This document shows, one piece after another, positions 11,601 through 20,194 of a DNA stretch of 20,194 bases; the stretch's first letter is position 1, and the number at the start of each line of letters is the position of its first letter. The translations under genes were made by a program, and so were the position numbers. Location: assembly GCA_002189035.1 (NCBI GenBank), contig NEEC01000271.1, forward strand, positions 1 through 20,194, written 5' to 3'. This DNA is from Utricularia gibba. Lineage: Eukaryota; Plantae; Magnoliophyta. The notes beneath the pieces are model-generated. The model saw only the letters and a program-made list of their open reading frames with translations, ran no database searches and was not told the DNA's origin.

Positions 11601-14600
11601 GATGAATTCTGACACCATATGTTTTGGCTTTTGATTGATGCATTTAGTTGCTATGATACTTCTGATTCTTGATGCACCATTCCCGTATACCATGTCTCTA
11701 GTGGCTATTTGATTCTTTTGCCTTGTATGTTGTTCGCATCAATTTCGAGAACATGAAGCACATTATTAAATGCAGTCACCACGGAATGCCACGTGAGACA
11801 CTTTTCGTTGTGGCTTGTTTTTAATATGTCCACAGTTATCGGACAAACGTAACTCCAAATTATAATACTTGGAGCTCGAAAAGGGCTTCCCAACAGTGTG
11901 CTATGAAGAGCAAGGATCTGCATGTTATGCAAGAGGTGCTTCGCGGACCAGGATGTGCGACGTAGTCATTTCATTGCGCATCATCATTCGGGGTGCATCC
12001 TAAAAATCACACGTGCACGGGATTCATTAAAAATAAATATTTACGCATATCCAGAGTGTATAACAGTGTTGGGATAAGTGATGCCACGAAATTCATGATG
12101 TAGCATGTGACTTTTTTCCAACTTGATCGCATAGTAGATGAATTCTGACACCATATGTTTTGGCTTTTGATTGATGCATTTAGTTGCTATGATACTTCTG
12201 ATTCTTGATGCACCATTCCCGTATACCATGTCTCTAGTGGCTATTTGATTCTTTTGCCTTGTATGTTGTTCGCATCAATTTCGAGAACATGAAGCACATT
12301 ATTAAATGCAGTCACCACGGAATGCCACGTGAGACACTTTTCGTTGTGGCTTGTTTTTAATATGTCCACAGTTATCGGACAAACGTAACTCCAAATTATA
12401 ATACTTGGAGCTCGAAAAGGGCTTCCCAACACTGTGCTATGAAGAGCAAGGATCTGCATGTTATGCAAGAGGTGCTTCGCGGACCAGGATGTGCGACGTA
12501 GTCATTTCATTGCGCATCATCATTCGGGGTGCATCCTAAAAATCACACGTGCACGGGATTCATTAAAAATAAATATTTACGCATATCCAGAGTGTATAAC
12601 AGTGTTGGGATAAGTGATGCCACGAAATTCATGATGTAGCATGTGACTTTTTTCCAACTTGATCGCATAGTAGATGAATTCTGACACCATATGTTTTGGC
12701 TTTTGATTGATGCATTTAGTTGCTATGATACTTCTGATTCTTGATGCACCATTCCCGTATACCATGTCTCTAGTGGCTATTTGATTCTTTTGCCTTGTAT
12801 GTTGTTCGCATCAATTTCGAGAACATGAAGCACATTATTAAATGCAGTCACCACGGAATGCCACGTGAGACACTTTTCGTTGTGGCTTGTTTTTAATATG
12901 TCCACAGTTATCGGACAAACGTAACTCCAAATTATAATACTTGGAGCTCGAAAAGGGCTTCCCAACAGTGTGCTATGAAGAGCAAGGATCTGCATGTTAT
13001 GCAAGAGGTGCTTCGCGGACCAGGATGTGCGACGTAGTCATTTCATTGCGCATCATCATTCGGGGTGCATCCTAAAAATCACACGTGCACGGGATTCATT
13101 AAAAATAAATATTTACGCATATCCAGAGTGTATAACAGTGTTGGGATAAGTGATGCCACGAAATTCATGATGTAGCATGTGACTTTTTTCCAACTTGATC
13201 GCATAGTAGATGAATTCTGACACCATATGTTTTGGCTTTTGATTGATGCATTTAGTTGCTATGATACTTCTGATTCTTGATGCACCATTCCCGTATACCA
13301 TGTCTCTAGTGGCTATTTGATTCTTTTGCCTTGTATGTTGTTCGCATCAATTTCGAGAACATGAAGCACATTATTAAATGCAGTCACCACGGAATGCCAC
13401 GTGAGACACTTTTCGTTGTGGCTTGTTTTTAATATGTCCACAGTTATCGGACAAACGTAACTCCAAATTATAATACTTGGAGCTCGAAAAGGGCTTCCCA
13501 ACACTGTGCTATGAAGAGCAAGGATCTGCATGTTATGCAAGAGGTGCTTCGCGGACCAGGATGTGCGACGTAGTCATTTCATTGCGCATCATCATTCGGG
13601 GTGCATCCTAAAAATCACACGTGCACGGGATTCATTAAAAATAAATATTTACGCATATCCAGAGTGTATAACAGTGTTGGGATAAGTGATGCACGAAATT
13701 CATGATGTAGCATGTGACTTTTTTCCAACTTGATCGCATAGTAGATGAATTCTGACACCATATGTTTTGGCTTTTGATTGATGCATTTAGTTGCTATGAT
13801 ACTTCTGATTCTTGATGCACCATTCCCGTATACCATGTCTCTAGTGGCTATTTGATTCTTTTGCCTTGTATGTTGTTCGCATCAATTTCGAGAACATGAA
13901 GCACATTATTAAATGCAGTCACCACGGAATGCCACGTGAGACACTTTTCGTTGTGGCTTGTTTTTAATATGTCCACAGTTATCGGACAAACGTAACTCCA
14001 AATTATAATACTTGGAGCTCGAAAAGGGCTTCCCAACAGTGTGCTATGAAGAGCAAGGATCTGCATGTTATGCAAGAGGTGCTTCGCGGACCAGGATGTG
14101 CGACGTAGTCATTTCATTGCGCATCATCATTCGGGGTGCATCCTAAAAATCACACGTGCACGGGATTCATTAAAAATAAATATTTACGCATATCCAGAGT
14201 GTATAACAGTGTTGGGATAAGTGATGCCACGAAATTCATGATGTAGCATGTGACTTTTTTCCAACTTGATCGCATAGTAGATGAATTCTGACACCATATG
14301 TTTTGGCTTTTGATTGATGCATTTAGTTGCTATGATACTTCTGATTCTTGATGCACCATTCCCGTATACCATGTCTCTAGTGGCTATTTGATTCTTTTGC
14401 CTTGTATGTTGTTCGCATCAATTTCGAGAACATGAAGCACATTATTAAATGCAGTCACCACGGAATGCCACGTGAGACACTTTTCGTTGTGGCTTGTTTT
14501 TAATATGTCCACAGTTATCGGACAAACGTAACTCCAAATTATAATACTTGGAGCTCGAAAAGGGCTTCCCAACAGTGTGCTATGAAGAGCAAGGATCTGC

Positions 14601-17600
14601 ATGTTATGCAAGAGGTGCTTCGCGGACCAGGATGTGCGACGTAGTCATTTCATTGCGCATCATCATTCGGGGTGCATCCTAAAAATCACACGTGCACGGG
14701 ATTCATTAAAAATAAATATTTACGCATATCCAGAGTGTATAACAGTGTTGGGATAAGTGATGCCACGAAATTCATGATGTAGCATGTGACTTTTTTCCAA
14801 CTTGATCGCATAGTAGATGAATTCTGACACCATATGTTTTGGCTTTTGATTGATGCATTTAGTTGCTATGATACTTCTGATTCTTGATGCACCATTCCCG
14901 TATACCATGTCTCTAGTGGCTATTTGATTCTTTTGCCTTGTATGTTGTTCGCATCAATTTCGAGAACATGAAGCACATTATTAAATGCAGTCACCACGGA
15001 ATGCCACGTGAGACACTTTTCGTTGTGGCTTGTTTTTAATATGTCCACAGTTATCGGACAAACGTAACTCCAAATTATAATACTTGGAGCTCGAAAAGGG
15101 CTTCCCAACAGTGTGCTATGAAGAGCAAGGATCTGCATGTTATGCAAGAGGTGCTTCGCGGACCAGGATGTGCGACGTAGTCATTTCATTGCGCATCATC
15201 ATTCGGGGTGCATCCTAAAAATCACACGTGCACGGGATTCATTAAAAATAAATATTTACGCATATCCAGAGTGTATAACAGTGTTGGGATAAGTGATGCC
15301 ACGAAATTCATGATGTAGCATGTGACTTTTTTCCAACTTGATCGCATAGTAGATGAATTCTGACACCATATGTTTTGGCTTTTGATTGATGCATTTAGTT
15401 GCTATGATACTTCTGATTCTTGATGCACCATTCCCGTATACCATGTCTCTAGTGGCTATTTGATTCTTTTGCCTTGTATGTTGTTCGCATCAATTTCGAG
15501 AACATGAAGCACATTATTAAATGCAGTCACCACGGAATGCCACGTGAGACACTTTTCGTTGTGGCTTGTTTTTAATATGTCCACAGTTATCGGACAAACG
15601 TAACTCCAAATTATAATACTTGGAGCTCGAAAAGGGCTTCCCAACAGTGTGCTATGAAGAGCAAGGATCTGCATGTTATGCAAGAGGTGCTTCGCGGACC
15701 AGGATGTGCGACGTAGTCATTTCATTGCGCATCATCATTCGGGGTGCATCCTAAAAATCACACGTGCACGGATTCATTAAAAATAAATATTTACGCATAT
15801 CCAGAGTGTATAACAGTGTTGGGATAAGTGATGCCACGAAATTCATGATGTAGCATGTGACTTTTTTCCAACTTGATCGCATAGTAGATGAATTCTGACA
15901 CCATATGTTTTGGCTTTTGATTGATGCATTTAGTTGCTATGATACTTCTGATTCTTGATGCACCATTCCCGTATACCATGTCTCTAGTGGCTATTTGATT
16001 CTTTTGCCTTGTATGTTGTTCGCATCAATTTCGAGAACATGAAGCACATTATTAAATGCAGTCACCACGGAATGCCACGTGAGACACTTTTCGTTGTGGC
16101 TTGTTTTTAATATGTCCACAGTTATCGGACAAACGTAACTCCAAATTATAATACTTGGAGCTCGAAAAGGGCTTCCCAACAGTGTGCTATGAAGAGCAAG
16201 GATCTGCATGTTATGCAAGAGGTGCTTCGCGGACCAGGATGTGCGACGTAGTCATTTCATTGCGCATCATCATTCGGGGTGCATCCTAAAAATCACACGT
16301 GCACGGGATTCATTAAAAATAAATATTTACGCATATCCAGAGTGTATAACAGTGTTGGGATAAGTGATGCCACGAAATTCATGATGTAGCATGTGACTTT
16401 TTTCCAACTTGATCGCATAGTAGATGAATTCTGACACCATATGTTTTGGCTTTTGATTGATGCATTTAGTTGCTATGATACTTCTGATTCTTGATGCACC
16501 ATTCCCGTATACCATGTCTCTAGTGGCTATTTGATTCTTTTGCCTTGTATGTTGTTCGCATCAATTTCGAGAACATGAAGCACATTATTAAATGCAGTCA
16601 CCACGGAATGCCACGTGAGACACTTTTCGTTGTGGCTTGTTTTTAATATGTCCACAGTTATCGGACAAACGTAACTCCAAATTATAATACTTGGAGCTCG
16701 AAAAGGGCTTCCCAACAGTGTGCTATGAAGAGCAAGGATCTGCATGTTATGCAAGAGGTGCTTCGCGGACCAGGATGTGCGACGTAGTCATTTCATTGCG
16801 CATCATCATTCGGGTGCATCCTAAAAATCACACGTGCACGGGATTCATTAAAAATAAATATTTACGCATATCCAGAGTGTATAACAGTGTTGGGATAAGT
16901 GATGCCACGAAATTCATGATGTAGCATGTGACTTTTTTCCAACTTGATCGCATAGTAGATGAATTCTGACACCATATGTTTTGGCTTTTGATTGATGCAT
17001 TTAGTTGCTATGATACTTCTGATTCTTGATGCACCATTCCCGTATACCATGTCTCTAGTGGCTATTTGATTCTTTTGCCTTGTATGTTGTTCGCATCAAT
17101 TTCGAGAACATGAAGCACATTATTAAATGCAGTCACCACGGAATGCCACGTGAGACACTTTTCGTTGTGGCTTGTTTTTAATATGTCCACAGTTATCGGA
17201 CAAACGTAACTCCAAATTATAATACTTGGAGCTCGAAAAGGGCTTCCCAACAGTGTGCTATGAAGAGCAAGGATCTGCATGTTATGCAAGAGGTGCTTCG
17301 CGGACCAGGATGTGCGACGTAGTCATTTCATTGCGCATCATCATTCGGGGTGCATCCTAAAAATCACACGTGCACGGATTCATTAAAAATAAATATTTAC
17401 GCATATCCAGAGTGTATAACAGTGTTGGGATAAGTGATGCCACGAAATTCATGATGTAGCATGTGACTTTTTTCCAACTTGATCGCATAGTAGATGAATT
17501 CTGACACCATATGTTTTGGCTTTTGATTGATGCATTTAGTTGCTATGATACTTCTGATTCTTGATGCACCATTCCCGTATACCATGTCTCTAGTGGCTAT

Positions 17601-20194
17601 TTGATTCTTTTGCCTTGTATGTTGTTCGCATCAATTTCGAGAACATGAAGCACATTATTAAATGCAGTCACCACGGAATGCCACGTGAGACACTTTTCGT
17701 TGTGGCTTGTTTTTAATATGTCCACAGTTATCGGACAAACGTAACTCCAAATTATAATACTTGGAGCTCGAAAAGGGCTTCCCAACAGTGTGCTATGAAG
17801 AGCAAGGATCTGCATGTTATGCAAGAGGTGCTTCGCGGACCAGGATGTGCGACGTAGTCATTTCATTGCGCATCATCATTCGGGGTGCATCCTAAAAATC
17901 ACACGTGCACGGATTCATTAAAAATAAATATTTACGCATATCCAGAGTGTATAACAGTGTTGGGATAAGTGATGCCACGAAATTCATGATGTAGCATGTG
18001 ACTTTTTTCCAACTTGATCGCATAGTAGATGAATTCTGACACCATATGTTTTGGCTTTTGATTGATGCATTTAGTTGCTATGATACTTCTGATTCTTGAT
18101 GCACCATTCCCGTATACCATGTCTCTAGTGGCTATTTGATTCTTTTGCCTTGTATGTTGTTCGCATCAATTTCGAGAACATGAAGCACATTATTAAATGC
18201 AGTCACCACGGAATGCCACGTGAGACACTTTTCGTTGTGGCTTGTTTTTAATATGTCCACAGTTATCGGACAAACGTAACTCCAAATTATAATACTTGGA
18301 GCTCGAAAAGGGCTTCCCAACAGTGTGCTATGAAGAGCAAGGATCTGCATGTTATGCAAGAGGTGCTTCGCGGACCAGGATGTGCGACGTAGTCATTTCA
18401 TTGCGCATCATCATTCGGGGTGCATCCTAAAAATCACACGTGCACGGGATTCATTAAAAATAAATATTTACGCATATCCAGAGTGTATAACAGTGTTGGG
18501 ATAAGTGATGCCACGAAATTCATGATGTAGCATGTGACTTTTTTCCAACTTGATCGCATAGTAGATGAATTCTGACACCATATGTTTTGGCTTTTGATTG
18601 ATGCATTTAGTTGCTATGATACTTCTGATTCTTGATGCACCATTCCCGTATACCATGTCTCTAGTGGCTATTTGATTCTTTTGCCTTGTATGTTGTTCGC
18701 ATCAATTTCGAGAACATGAAGCACATTATTAAATGCAATCACCACGGAATGCCACGTGAGACACTTTTCGTTGTGGCTTGTTTTTAATATGTCCACAGTT
18801 ATCGGACAAACGTAACTCCAAATTATAATACTTGGAGCTCGAAAAGGGCTTCCCAACAGTGTGCTATGAAGAGCAAGGATCTGCATGTTATGCAAGAGGT
18901 GCTTCGCGGACCAGGATGTGCGACGTAGTCATTTCATTGCGCATCATCATTCGGGGTGCATCCTAAAAATCACACGTGCACGGATTCATTAAAAATAAAT
19001 ATTTACGCATATCCAGAGTGTATAACAGTGTTGGGATAAGTGATGCCACGAAATTCATGATGTAGCATGTGACTTTTTTCCAACTTGATCGCATAGTAGA
19101 TGAATTCTGACACCATATGTTTTGGCTTTTGATTGATGCATTTAGTTGCTATGATACTTCTGATTCTTGATGCACCATTCCCGTATACCATGTCTCTAGT
19201 GGCTATTTGATTCTTTTGCCTTGTATGTTGTTCGCATCAATTTCGAGAACATGAAGCACATTATTAAATGCAGTCACCACGGAATGCCACGTGAGACACT
19301 TTTCGTTGTGGCTTGTTTTTAATATGTCCACAGTTATCGGACAAACGTAACTCCAAATTATAATACTTGGAGCTCGAAAAGGGCTTCCCAACACTGTGCT
19401 ATGAAGAGCAAGGATCTGCATGTTATGCAAGAGGTGCTTCGCGGACCAGGATGTGCGACGTAGTCATTTCATTGCGCATCATCATTCGGGGTGCATCCTA
19501 AAAATCACACGTGCACGGGATTCATTAAAAATAAATATTTACGCATATCCAGAGTGTATAACAGTGTTGGGATAAGTGATGCCACGAAATTCATGATGTA
19601 GCATGTGACTTTTTTCCAACTTGATCGCATAGTAGATGAATTCTGACACCATATGTTTTGGCTTTTGATTGATGCATTTAGTTGCTATGATACTTCTGAT
19701 TCTTGATGCACCATTCCCGTATACCATGTCTCTAGTGGCTATTTGATTCTTTTGCCTTGTATGTTGTTCGCATCAATTTCGAGAACATGAAGCACATTAT
19801 TAAATGCAGTCACCACGGAATGCCACGTGAGACACTTTTCGTTGTGGCTTGTTTTTAATATGTCCACAGTTATCGGACAAACGTAACTCCAAATTATAAT
19901 ACTTGGAGCTCGAAAAGGGCTTCCCAACAGTGTGCTATGAAGAGCAAGGATCTGCATGTTATGCAAGAGGTGCTTCGCGGACCAGGATGTGCGACGTAGT
20001 CATTTCATTGCGCATCATCATTCGGGGTGCATCCTAAAAATCACACGTGCACGGGATTCATTAAAAATAAATATTTACGCATATCCAGAGTGTATAACAG
20101 TGTTGGGATAAGTGATGCCACGAAATTCATGATGTAGCATGTGACTTTTTTCCAACTTGATCGCATAGTAGATGAATTCTGACACCATATGTTT

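Larger units (their letters stand above)
1..20194. repeat. Tandem array (satellite-like) of a 536-bp monomer, about 37.7 head-to-tail copies, running off both window ends
   Basis: The anchor CACCACGGAATGCC recurs at 1, 532, 1065, 1599, 2135, 2671, 3206, 3742, 4275, 4811, 5347, 5883, 6419, 6955, 7491, 8027, 8563, 9098, 9632, 10168, 10705, 11241, 11777, 12313, 12849, 13385, 13920, 14456, 14992, 15528, 16063, 16599, 17134, 17669, 18204, 18740, 19275 and 19811. 23 of 37 complete copies are exactly 536 bp; the rest are 531-537 bp. The ORF track repeats with the same period. All copies have the same orientation. Confidence 0.99.

Noticed and set aside
119-19966. About 75 ORFs in the track as a multicopy gene cluster
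   Set aside because: They are the same two short frames repeated, with no recognisable domains. The occasional plus-strand ORFs (119, 570, 10313, 16691) exist only because of single-copy indels.
1-20194. CRISPR array
   Set aside because: No short repeats separated by unique spacers; the whole 536 bp is repeated, and there are no cas genes.
1-20194. Endless ORF across monomers (DRT2 neo-like or zetavirus-like rolling translation)
   Set aside because: 536 is not a multiple of 3, and a rolling frame meets stop codons within each monomer on both strands.

Overview
The whole window is one head-to-tail tandem array of a 536-bp, ~40% GC monomer: 37 complete copies plus a 384-bp partial copy (about 37.7 copies). 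There is no unique sequence, junction or flanking gene. Copies are about 99-100% identical. By eye I find only two substitution sites (a G/C dimorphism at monomer position 120 and a G>A at position 535) and 20 small indels, 17 of them in homopolymer runs, which look like long-read error. The repeated 62-aa and 75-aa minus-strand ORFs are by-products of the repeat and match no protein I recognise. I found no rRNA, tRNA, CRISPR array, transposase or intact ribozyme core. The best reading is a young, highly homogenised satellite DNA; the main alternative is a rolling-circle concatemer of a 536-nt circle. The most interesting signals are (i) a G/C dimorphism that switches a direct repeat into a perfect 12-bp inverted repeat, (ii) several helices near one axis, so the circularised monomer might fold as a viroid-like rod, and (iii) hints of haplotype sectors and a 20-monomer duplication. 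The source organism cannot be determined from the sequence.
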